Assembly: GCA_045863235.1 (NCBI GenBank) | Contig: BTUM01000114.1 | Coordinates: forward strand, 1-21,415 | Length of the DNA stretch: 21,415 nucleotides | From: Candidatus Xenobia bacterium | GTDB lineage: Bacteria; Vulcanimicrobiota; Xenobia; Xenobiales; QWHO01 | Reading direction: 5' to 3' | Part shown: piece by piece, positions 8,696-15,163 of the stretch | How the letters are laid out: every line of letters starts with the position of its first letter | Numbering within the stretch: the stretch's first letter is position 1 | Notes under the pieces: generated by a model | Told to the model about the DNA's origin: nothing | The model's input: the letters and a program-made list of their open reading frames with translations, nothing else | The model's database searches: none | Position numbers and translations under genes: made by a program

Positions 8696-8753
8696 TCTGT
8701 ATCCGGTCTGTATCCGCTCTGGATCCGATCCTGAAACCGCCCCCGGGTATTCT
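8696..8753 (+). promoter_or_regulatory. Putative activator-dependent promoter: three 11-bp-phased direct repeats plus -10 box
   Basis: TCTGTATCCG (8696-8705), TCTGTATCCG (8707-8716), TCTGGATCCG (8718-8727) and a degenerate CCTGAAACCG (8730-8739). TATTCT at 8748-8753. No recognisable -35. Confidence 0.6.
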
Positions 8754-8784
8754 GGCGATGTCAGCAAGCGCCAGGAGGACAAAA

Positions 8785-8865
8785 ATGCAGGGAGCCATCG
8801 TCTGGTTGATCGAGAGCGAGCCCGCCCCTTCCGGCGCAACGACCGTATGGATCGAACGGAGGTAG
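8785..8865 (+). CDS. 26-aa upstream ORF MQGAIVWLIESEPAPSGATTVWIERR (not in the ORF track)
   Basis: SD AGGAGG (8773-8778) lies 6 nt before ATG 8785. TAG at 8863-8865 ends 3 nt before, and in frame with, the precursor ATG. Confidence 0.5.
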   Translation: MQGAIVWLIESEPAPSGATTVWIERR

Positions 8866-8868
8866 CCA

Positions 8869-9888
8869 ATGGACGCCATCAGCAACTTTAACGGACTGCA
8901 GCAGTTTCAAACCATCTCCCGCCCGGTGGGAGCATTCCAGGGCTCAGCCCCGGCCGATCAGAACGGCGCCGTCTCCTTCGGGGGGATGAACCTGCAGGTC
9001 GTGCTCGCTCAGATGGTCCAGTCGCTGGACAAGCTGAACCTGGGCTGGAACAGCCTCAACGGTAGCCAGCCCGAGCGTCCGCTGCCCTTCTTCGCCCAGC
9101 TGCTCGAGGGCCAGAACCGCCAGCCGGCCGGTCCCATCGCGGTCACCCAGGCCTATCCCTCCGACAACGAGGACGGTGGCGGGGTGGATCCGAGCCCGCC
9201 CATCGCGGTCACCATGGCCTACCCTTCGGACAACGAGGACGGCGGCGTCGACCAGCCCCCGGTCACCACCGCCAAGTATCCTTCCGACGCTGAGGACGGC
9301 GGGGGCTCGATCCCTCCCCGCCCCGACGGGCCGCCGATGGTCACCATGGCCTACCCGTCCGACAACGAGGACGGCGGCATCGACCAGCCCCCGCCCATCG
9401 CGGTCACCATGGCCTACCCCTCGGACAACGAGGATGGCGGCATCGACCAGCCCCCGGTCACCACGGCCAAGTATCCCTCCGACAACGAGGACGGTGGAGG
9501 CAGCATCCCGCCTCGGCCCGACGGCCCGCCGGTGAACCGTCCCCCGGTCGGCATCCCGCCTCGGCCTGATGGACCGCCGGTCGACCGTGACCCCCGCTTG
9601 ATCGGGCCTCCTGTGGGCGGGCCGATCACCGAGAAGTATCCCTCCGACAACGACGACGGCGGACCGCGCCTCATCGGGCCCCCGGTCACCGAGAAGTACC
9701 CTTCCGACAACGAGGACGGTGGCGTGAGCCCCGGCAACCCGGGCCGCCCCGGCCGTCCCGGAGTCATCCCGGGCAACCCGGGCCGTCCGGGCGGGATCGG
9801 GGGCGTGAGCCCCGGCAATCCGGGTCGCCCCGGCATCCAGATCACGATGAAGTTCCCCTCCGACCAGGAGGACTGGCGCTCGGCCTGA
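8869..9888 (+). CDS. Multi-core microviridin/marinostatin-family (group 1 graspetide) RiPP precursor with 9 cores
   Basis: Leader motif PFFAQLL (9085-9105; cf. the microviridin PFFARFL motif). Nine cores at 9145 TQAYPSDNED, 9211 TMAYPSDNED, 9268 TAKYPSDAED, 9343 TMAYPSDNED, 9406 TMAYPSDNED, 9463 TAKYPSDNED, 9628 TEKYPSDNDD, 9688 TEKYPSDNED and 9844 TMKFPSDQED. SD GGAGGT at 8858-8863. Confidence 0.88.
   Translation: MDAISNFNGLQQFQTISRPVGAFQGSAPADQNGAVSFGGMNLQVVLAQMVQSLDKLNLGWNSLNGSQPERPLPFFAQLLEGQNRQPAGPIAVTQAYPSDNEDGGGVDPSPPIAVTMAYPSDNEDGGVDQPPVTTAKYPSDAEDGGGSIPPRPDGPPMVTMAYPSDNEDGGIDQPPPIAVTMAYPSDNEDGGIDQPPVTTAKYPSDNEDGGGSIPPRPDGPPVNRPPVGIPPRPDGPPVDRDPRLIGPPVGGPITEKYPSDNDDGGPRLIGPPVTEKYPSDNEDGGVSPGNPGRPGRPGVIPGNPGRPGGIGGVSPGNPGRPGIQITMKFPSDQEDWRSA
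9136..9873 (+). repeat. Intragenic coding repeats: core cassettes, duplicated two-core block, IPPRPDGPP and PGNPGRPG units
   Basis: The block PIAVTMAYPSDNEDGG(V/I)DQPPVTTAKYPSD(A/N)EDGGGSIPPRPDGPP occurs twice (about 9199-9336 and 9394-9531). PRLIGPPV occurs twice and PGNPGRPG three times. Differences are mostly at third codon positions. Confidence 0.9.
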
Positions 9889-9902
9889 GGCCGGTGACGG
9901 GC

Positions 9903-9939
9903 GGGCCCGGGGCTTTCCAGGGAGGAAGGTTCCGGGCCC
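9903..9939 (+). terminator. 16-bp GC-rich hairpin between convergent genes (probable terminator/mRNA stabiliser)
   Basis: GGGCCCGGGGCTTTCC-aggga-GGAAGGTTCCGGGCCC. The three non-Watson-Crick positions are G-U pairs on the + strand. No U-tract. Confidence 0.65.
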
Positions 9940-9949
9940 CGCGGCGCTC

Positions 9950-10723
9950 TCAGGCCAGAAAGCGCCGCCCCAGCCTGCGGACCGCGAAAAACGAGAGAGC
10001 CAGACCCACCACCGCCAGGTAGAGGGCGTTCAGCCCCACCCCGTCCCACTCGCCCCGCACGATGCCGCGCATCATGTGCACCGCGTTGTAGAGGGGAGTC
10101 AGCTCGGCCACTGTGATCAGGGCGGGTGGGAAGCGCTCCTCGATGGGGAAGAAGATGCCCGAAAAGACGAAGGACGGGGTCACGAACAGCGTCCAGAAGT
10201 AGGTATAGAGGTCGATGCTGTCGATCAGCGAGGTGAAGGCGGTGCCGATGGCCGCGAAGCAGAAGCCGATCAGGGGCAGGGCCGCCAGGGCCAGCAGCAG
10301 CCGGGGGGTCAGGGGCACCCCGAAGAACAGGGTGATGGCCAGGAAGGCCGTCCCGTACAGGGTGGCCCGGGTGACGGCCCACAGGATCTCGCCCGCGGCC
10401 ACGTCCTCGAAGCTGAGCGGGGTGGCCACCATGGCGTCGTAGATCTTGGAGAAGTGCAGCTTGACGAAGATGTTGTAGGTGGTCTCGAAGATCCCCCCGT
10501 TCATGGCCGAGGCGGCCACCAGCCCGGGGGCCACGAAGGCCGTGTAACCTCCCTCGAACTGTCCGCCGGCGGCCACATAGGCCCCCAGCCCCACGCCCAT
10601 CCCCAGCAGGTAGAAGACGGGCTCGAAGAAGTTGGGCAGGATGTTGTAGACCCAGCGCTTGCTGTAGACCCAGAGATTGCGCTCCCACACCCGGGTGGCG
10701 CCTCGCAGGCTGAGGCGCCTCAC
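9950..10723 (-). CDS. ABC-2 type exporter permease (NodJ-like)
   Basis: VWERNL...FEPVFYLLGMGVGLG, YTAFVAPGL, YDAMVATPL, GEILWA, FSGIFFP, TPLY; six TM segments. GTG start at 10723 overlaps the ATPase stop. The ORF-track extension to 11119 is shadow sequence. Confidence 0.9.
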   Translation of the reverse strand: MRRLSLRGATRVWERNLWVYSKRWVYNILPNFFEPVFYLLGMGVGLGAYVAAGGQFEGGYTAFVAPGLVAASAMNGGIFETTYNIFVKLHFSKIYDAMVATPLSFEDVAAGEILWAVTRATLYGTAFLAITLFFGVPLTPRLLLALAALPLIGFCFAAIGTAFTSLIDSIDLYTYFWTLFVTPSFVFSGIFFPIEERFPPALITVAELTPLYNAVHMMRGIVRGEWDGVGLNALYLAVVGLALSFFAVRRLGRRFLA

Positions 10724-11643
10724 TGGCGCAGCGTCCGTCCGGTGAGCTTCAAGAACAGATCCTCCAGGTTGCCCGGCCGGATGTAAGCTCCATTCAAGAA
10801 CAGCCCCCGGCGCTCGAGCTCTTCCAGCGTCTGGCGACCGTCTTGCACGAACAGGCTGACCCGGTTGACGGCCGGCAAGAGCTCCACCCCCAGCTCGGCG
10901 CAGGCCTTTTCCAGCGGCTCGAGCTCTCCCTCGAGTCGGGCTTCGATGACCTCGGCGGTCACCTGCTCGGCGATCAGCTCGCGGGGCGGCCCCTGGGCGA
11001 TGACGTGGCCGTGATCGAGGATCACCAGGCGGTCGCAGAGCCGTTCGGCCTCGTCCATGTAGTGGGTGGAGAGCAACAGGGTGACGCCGCGGCCACGCAG
11101 CTCGGCCAGCTTGTCCCACAAGAGGATGCGCACCTGGGGGTCCAGGCCCGTGGTGGGCTCGTCCAGGATGAGCAGGCGCGGCTCGTTCATCAGCCCCCGG
11201 GCCAGCGTCAGGCGGCGCTTCATGCCTCCCGAGAGCTCACGGATGCGGTCCTTGGAGCGAGCCGAGAGCTCGAGAAACTCGAGCAGCTCCAGGGCCCGCT
11301 TGCGGGCCAGGGCGCGGTCCAGCCCGTAAAAGCGGGCGTAGACGAGCAGGTTGTCGAGCACCGACAGCTCTTCGTCCAGGTTGTCCATCTGGGGCACCAC
11401 CCCCAGCTGGCTCTTGATGGCCCGGTCGTCTCGCCCCGCCTCCAGGCCGAAGACGCGCAGGCTGCCCGAGGTGAGGGCGCTGACCCGGTAGATCATGCGC
11501 ATGGTGGTCGACTTGCCGGCCCCGTTGGGCCCGAGCATGCCGAAAACCTCGCCGGGGTGCACCTCGAGATCGACGTGATCGACCGCCACCAGGGCGCCGT
11601 AGCTCTTGGTCAGGCCGCGGGCTTCCACCACCAGCTCGGACAT
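10720..11643 (-). CDS. ABC-2 type exporter ATP-binding subunit (NodI/DrrA-like)
   Basis: Walker A GPNGAGKST, Q-loop GVVPQMDNLD, signature LSGGM, Walker B LLILDEPT, H-switch STHYMDEAE, C-terminal LEDLFLKLTG. Confidence 0.95.
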   Translation of the reverse strand: MSELVVEARGLTKSYGALVAVDHVDLEVHPGEVFGMLGPNGAGKSTTMRMIYRVSALTSGSLRVFGLEAGRDDRAIKSQLGVVPQMDNLDEELSVLDNLLVYARFYGLDRALARKRALELLEFLELSARSKDRIRELSGGMKRRLTLARGLMNEPRLLILDEPTTGLDPQVRILLWDKLAELRGRGVTLLLSTHYMDEAERLCDRLVILDHGHVIAQGPPRELIAEQVTAEVIEARLEGELEPLEKACAELGVELLPAVNRVSLFVQDGRQTLEELERRGLFLNGAYIRPGNLEDLFLKLTGRTLRQ

Positions 11644-11650
11644 GGGGGGC

Positions 11651-11679
11651 AGTATAGTGCTCCGGGCTCATGCAAGCAA
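11651..11679 (-). promoter_or_regulatory. Sigma70-type promoter predicted to give a leaderless mRNA for the ABC exporter
   Basis: Minus strand reads TTGCTT (11679-11674), 17 nt, TATACT (11656-11651), 7 nt (GCCCCCC), ATG (11643). No SD is present. Confidence 0.7.
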
Positions 11680-11751
11680 GCTCATTCACGGACATGCCGG
11701 CCGGCACATGGGCGGGCAATTCCCCGGCATTCGGACCCTGCAGGAGAGCGG

Positions 11752-13896
11752 TCAAGTCTTTGTTGAGGTTGGTGGCTTTCCATTCTTCTCTCGAAGCCAT
11801 GCCTCTACGTCGGAGCGGAGCACCCAGTAGCGCCGCATCCCCAGTTTCCCGGGAGTGGTGACAAAGGTCAACCTTCCCTTGCTTATGGCCCATCTGATGG
11901 GTTGCGTCGAGGCCGCTCCTATCAGCTCCTGAATTTCGATCAGTGACATGTGCTCCGGCGACGGGCGCTGCTTCTCCCATAAGGGACGCTTCCGCATTTG
12001 GAGCCAGGCCTCCAACTCGTCCGGCTTGATATAGAGGATTGGTTGGCCCCTCACCATGAGCTTGTGTGCCTGCAGATTCCCGCTCTTGTAGGCGGAAAAG
12101 AGGGTCGCGGCGGGGATGCCCCTCGATTTCGCGGCTTCACGGAGACTGAGCATACCTTCCGTATCGGGATTGCGTTCTTCGTTCCAACGTCGAACGTCCG
12201 CCACGTCAACCCAGAGCTGATCGATCACCCTGATGGCCGAAATCTCCTGGCGGTGGATGGCATTGTACAGCTGGGACAGGCCGACGCCGGCGGCTCGTGC
12301 CGCTTCTTCCGGACGGACCCAGCCCGGGGGAGCTTTGCGGATTTTCCTTTCGGGTCGGGGTTTCTTCTCGGGCCGGGAGGCCCGGAACGTCCGATAAGGC
12401 TGGCCCTCAGCTTGGCGAGTCCTCCGAGGCTTTGGGCGGGACATCGGCCGTGGCTGTGGCTGCTGGGAGAGGCCCCACCAGTTCTCCAGATCGTCGGTGC
12501 GGATCCAGTATGTCTGCTTGGGTTTGATCGCGGCCAGTTGCCCGCTATGGACAGCCGCCGTGATGGTATCGGGGGGGGCCTTGAGTCGGCTCGCAGCCTG
12601 GGCGATCGTCACCATGTCGGGTCCCGGAGCCGGTTCGCTCCCCTGCCAGGTAGATCTTGACTCCAGCCAGCTGCTCAGCTCTTCCTCATGGACCCAGATT
12701 TGGGCAGGGACGGTCTGGTTCGGCTGCCGCTCGCGTCTCAAGCAAGGGAGCTTCCTGGCCAGGCAGGCCTCGCGCAGGATAACCGAGCCCACTCCGCTCA
12801 GACGTGATGCCTCTCGGATCGTAAGGTAACCCGAGCCCGGCCGGTCGGTGCGAGAATCGAGCAGGTGTGACCAGATCCATGCGTTGAGATCGACTCGCAG
12901 AATCCACCAACGAGGTCCGAAGGGTCCATCCGTGTAGAGCGAAGCCAGCTCGCCGGAGGCCACGGCCTTCCGCAAACGTTCTGTCCATTTGAGGGACGCG
13001 GCCACGGCCGCCTCCTTCAAATTGACGTACCCGGGGCCAGGCCGGCCGATATCGCGCTCGCGCAGGCGTTCTCTGGCATCGGGGAACTCCTGATGCCAGG
13101 CCTGCAATTCTGAGAGCTCGATTCCATAAAACCAGCGCCGTCGGTAGCGTCGATGCGCCGGGAACTCACCCGCCCGCACCAGGCGATTGACCTCCTCGAC
13201 CGTATCCAGCCCCAGAAAATCTCGCGCTTGCTCGGCAGTGAGCAAGGCGCTCTTTTTGGAAGTGGGCTGGCCTCTCAACAGCTCCAAATCCTGCTCGCGT
13301 ACCGCTTGCTCGGCAGTGAGAAAGGAACTCTTGTGGGAAGTGGGCGGGCCTCCCCACTGCTCGAGATCCTGCTCGCGCACCCACCATTGGGGCCTCGGAA
13401 TCGAGGGCGTCTTGCGAGCTGGGAGTTGGCCCGTCTTGATGGCATTGAGTAAGGTCCCCCGAGAACGCAGACCAAGCCGATCCGTGGCTTCCAGCAGGCT
13501 GAGATAATCGGGGCCCGGTCGCCCCAGGTCGACCAACCCTTGCTCCTCGCGTTGCCGGAGATAGTCTTCCAGGTCCTCCGGTAGGATCCAACTTCGCCCG
13601 TTGGGCGTTCGAGCCGATTTGAGGTAGCCGTTTTTCACAGCCCTGAAGATCGAATTCACGGGCAGACCGGCGCGCTGCGCAGCCTCCTTGCAGCTCATGT
13701 GCTCGGGGCCTGGCTGAAAGCCGAGGGTCACCCCTCGCGACACCAGCCATCGATCCAGGTCGTCCTGATCGACCTCCTTGCGTCGGAGGATCTTGTTCCA
13801 TCGGGCAGTCAATTTGCCTTTGGCGATGTGTCGCTCGAGAGTTGACCTGGTCAGGCAGAGCAATGCGGCAGCTTTGTCGAAATCAATCCAGGCCAT
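11752..13896 (-). CDS. Protein of ten tandem excisionase/MerR-like (HTH_17-type) helix-turn-helix domains, 714 aa
   Basis: Ten units of about 50 aa follow the pattern (L/M)(S/T)xxEAAxxxG...xxxAxxxGxL.A...(W/Y)(I/V)xxxDLxxW, many joined by (R)PGP(D/G/E) linkers. Start set at ATG 13896 (MAWIDFDKAA); an in-frame ATG at 13983 is an alternative. Confidence 0.82.
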   Translation of the reverse strand: MAWIDFDKAAALLCLTRSTLERHIAKGKLTARWNKILRRKEVDQDDLDRWLVSRGVTLGFQPGPEHMSCKEAAQRAGLPVNSIFRAVKNGYLKSARTPNGRSWILPEDLEDYLRQREEQGLVDLGRPGPDYLSLLEATDRLGLRSRGTLLNAIKTGQLPARKTPSIPRPQWWVREQDLEQWGGPPTSHKSSFLTAEQAVREQDLELLRGQPTSKKSALLTAEQARDFLGLDTVEEVNRLVRAGEFPAHRRYRRRWFYGIELSELQAWHQEFPDARERLRERDIGRPGPGYVNLKEAAVAASLKWTERLRKAVASGELASLYTDGPFGPRWWILRVDLNAWIWSHLLDSRTDRPGSGYLTIREASRLSGVGSVILREACLARKLPCLRRERQPNQTVPAQIWVHEEELSSWLESRSTWQGSEPAPGPDMVTIAQAASRLKAPPDTITAAVHSGQLAAIKPKQTYWIRTDDLENWWGLSQQPQPRPMSRPKPRRTRQAEGQPYRTFRASRPEKKPRPERKIRKAPPGWVRPEEAARAAGVGLSQLYNAIHRQEISAIRVIDQLWVDVADVRRWNEERNPDTEGMLSLREAAKSRGIPAATLFSAYKSGNLQAHKLMVRGQPILYIKPDELEAWLQMRKRPLWEKQRPSPEHMSLIEIQELIGAASTQPIRWAISKGRLTFVTTPGKLGMRRYWVLRSDVEAWLREKNGKPPTSTKT
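13225..13380. repeat. In-frame 78-bp tandem duplication within the multi-HTH gene
   Basis: 13225-13302 vs 13303-13380 are 66/78 identical by manual alignment. They encode VREQDLEQWGGPPTSHKSSFLTAEQA / VREQDLELLRGQPTSKKSALLTAEQA. Confidence 0.92.
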
Positions 13897-13961
13897 GGGC
13901 GGGAGTTTCGAACCTGGCCCGGTTCGCTCCTTGCTCCTGTGAAACCCGCTGGGTGGGCAGG

Positions 13962-14039
13962 GCCACTCGACTGGATCACGCATGCTACACCAGGTGACCG
14001 GGTCACCCGCCGGTACCATGCGTGCTCCACCCGAGTGGC
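13962..14039. repeat. 78-bp imperfect inverted repeat (long hairpin)
   Basis: Paired blocks GCCACTCG/CGAGTGGC, TGGA/TCCA, CACGCATG/CATGCGTG, TAC/GTA and GGTGACC/GGTCACC are centred on 14000. It starts immediately after the stop codon of the 14040..14585 gene. Confidence 0.85.
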
Positions 14040-14585
14040 TTAGCTGGCCGAGCGACGAACCGAGCGGGTGGACGAGGGTACGCGCCGCACCCGGCTCTCC
14101 AGCCCGCTGCGCGAGATGGCCCGTGGGACGGGCAGAACGGCACTGGTCAAGGGTTGCGCAGGCGCGCTCTCGAGCCGGGTTGCCTGGCAGGCCTTGAGGT
14201 GCTCGAGCAACTGACGGCGCTGCTCGGCGTCGGGGTGAAGCTGCAGCTCGCCGCGATAGATTCGCCGGCACTTCTCGATGCGCAGCACGGTGGCCAGCAC
14301 GCTGACCGGGCCCGAGGCGGTGTAGAGCTTGACGGTCAGAATCTCGCCCAGGTTCAGCTCGCGGTCGCTGGAGAAGACGACGCGCTGGCTGCTCATCTCC
14401 CGGCTGCCGAGCCGGGCGCTCTGACCGCAGGAGCGCAGGGCTTCCAGGTTCTGGCACAGGGGCAGGACGCGCACCGCATCCTCGGCGACCACCACGGCCG
14501 GACGCTCGACGGCGGGAGCCGGCGGGCGCTTGAAGAGCCGCGAGGCCCACAGGGTGATGTTGGTCATTCGGAGCACGTTTTCCAC
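14040..14585 (-). CDS. Hypothetical protein with degenerate PilZ-like beta-barrel
   Basis: The pattern EMSSQRVVFSSDRELNLGEILTVKL...VLATVLRIE...YRGELQL matches PilZ strand order but lacks RxxxR and [D/N]xSxxG. SD GAGGTG precedes the GTG. Confidence 0.6.
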   Translation of the reverse strand: MENVLRMTNITLWASRLFKRPPAPAVERPAVVVAEDAVRVLPLCQNLEALRSCGQSARLGSREMSSQRVVFSSDRELNLGEILTVKLYTASGPVSVLATVLRIEKCRRIYRGELQLHPDAEQRRQLLEHLKACQATRLESAPAQPLTSAVLPVPRAISRSGLESRVRRVPSSTRSVRRSAS

Positions 14586-14708
14586 GGGTCACCTCGCTGG
14601 AGTCGTCTGGGTCAACCCCAGCTTAGCAGGTCGCCCCGGCCCCGGTCTGTTAGCTGGCTCACAAAACGCGAGGAAGGTTCGTTCGCCAGGGGCTGCGAAC
14701 GGGGGGGC

Positions 14709-15161
14709 GTGTCGCAGGACTGGATACCTCAATGGCGCAGCCAGCTGGCTGCGCGCTGGGCTGAAGAGTGGGATGAGCTGACGCGCGCGCGGGCGGCTCG
14801 CCTCTTGCATCAGCCGCTCACCAGTGGAGACGAGCCGGCCCCGGCCCTGGAGGCCGTGGAAGGGCTGCAACCGCCCCCGCTCGAGAACCATTCGCTGCAT
14901 GAGCTGGCCGCGCTCGGCCATGGCTTTGTCTTCGAGCTGGAGCAGGCCCTCGAGCAGAGCACCGACCCCGAGGTCATCGCTCGGCTCGAGGCGGTGCGCG
15001 ACGACCATCTGTCCTGGCTCGCCCAGCGTCGCCAGGCCCTGAAGCAGTTGTCCGAGGTGGCCAGCTCGCTCGAGCAGCTTCAGCACCTCGTGCACACCGA
15101 GGCCGGCCTGGCCCTGGGCGGTCCCCAGGCCGTCAAGCTGCGCCTGGAGCGCTGGATCTGA
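14709..15161 (+). CDS. Hypothetical helical protein (150 aa), first gene of a 4-gene operon
   Basis: Typical GC-rich codon usage from GTG 14709 (MSQDWIPQW), after a G-rich RBS. Ends 2 nt before the next start. The ORF-track extension to 14022 overlaps the opposite-strand gene. Confidence 0.65.
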   Translation: MSQDWIPQWRSQLAARWAEEWDELTRARAARLLHQPLTSGDEPAPALEAVEGLQPPPLENHSLHELAALGHGFVFELEQALEQSTDPEVIARLEAVRDDHLSWLAQRRQALKQLSEVASSLEQLQHLVHTEAGLALGGPQAVKLRLERWI

Positions 15162-15163
15162 CC

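Noticed and set aside
8688..8891. 67-aa (+) and 64-aa (-) ORFs across the precursor promoter region
   Set aside because: They have no SD or motif and overlap the repeats and promoter. The SD-supported 26-aa ORF at 8785 is the better candidate.
9136..9873. Repeat-spacer pattern resembling a CRISPR array
   Set aside because: The repeats are in-frame coding units varying at synonymous sites, the spacers are irregular and themselves repeated, and no cas genes are present.
9950..11643. Nod-factor export (true nodIJ function)
   Set aside because: Family resemblance only. There are no nodABC genes, and NodI/J-like ABC-2 exporters are widespread.
11695..11706. 12-bp palindrome TGCCGGCCGGCA downstream of the multi-HTH gene
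   Set aside because: Short, nearly all GC, with no U-tract; plausible by chance at this GC content.
13962..14039. Integron attC site
   Set aside because: It is a palindrome right after a stop codon, but lacks the RYYYAAC/GTTRRRY ends, and no integrase or cassette array is nearby.
11690..14040. Prophage, ICE or IS around the excisionase-like gene
   Set aside because: No integrase, transposase, tRNA target, terminal repeats or target-site duplication was found by eye; only the composition is atypical.
13897..14592. N-terminal 232 aa of the 946-aa ORF-track call
   Set aside because: It overlaps the PilZ-like gene in another frame and the palindrome, and is low-complexity. The HTH repeats begin only at MAWIDF (13896).
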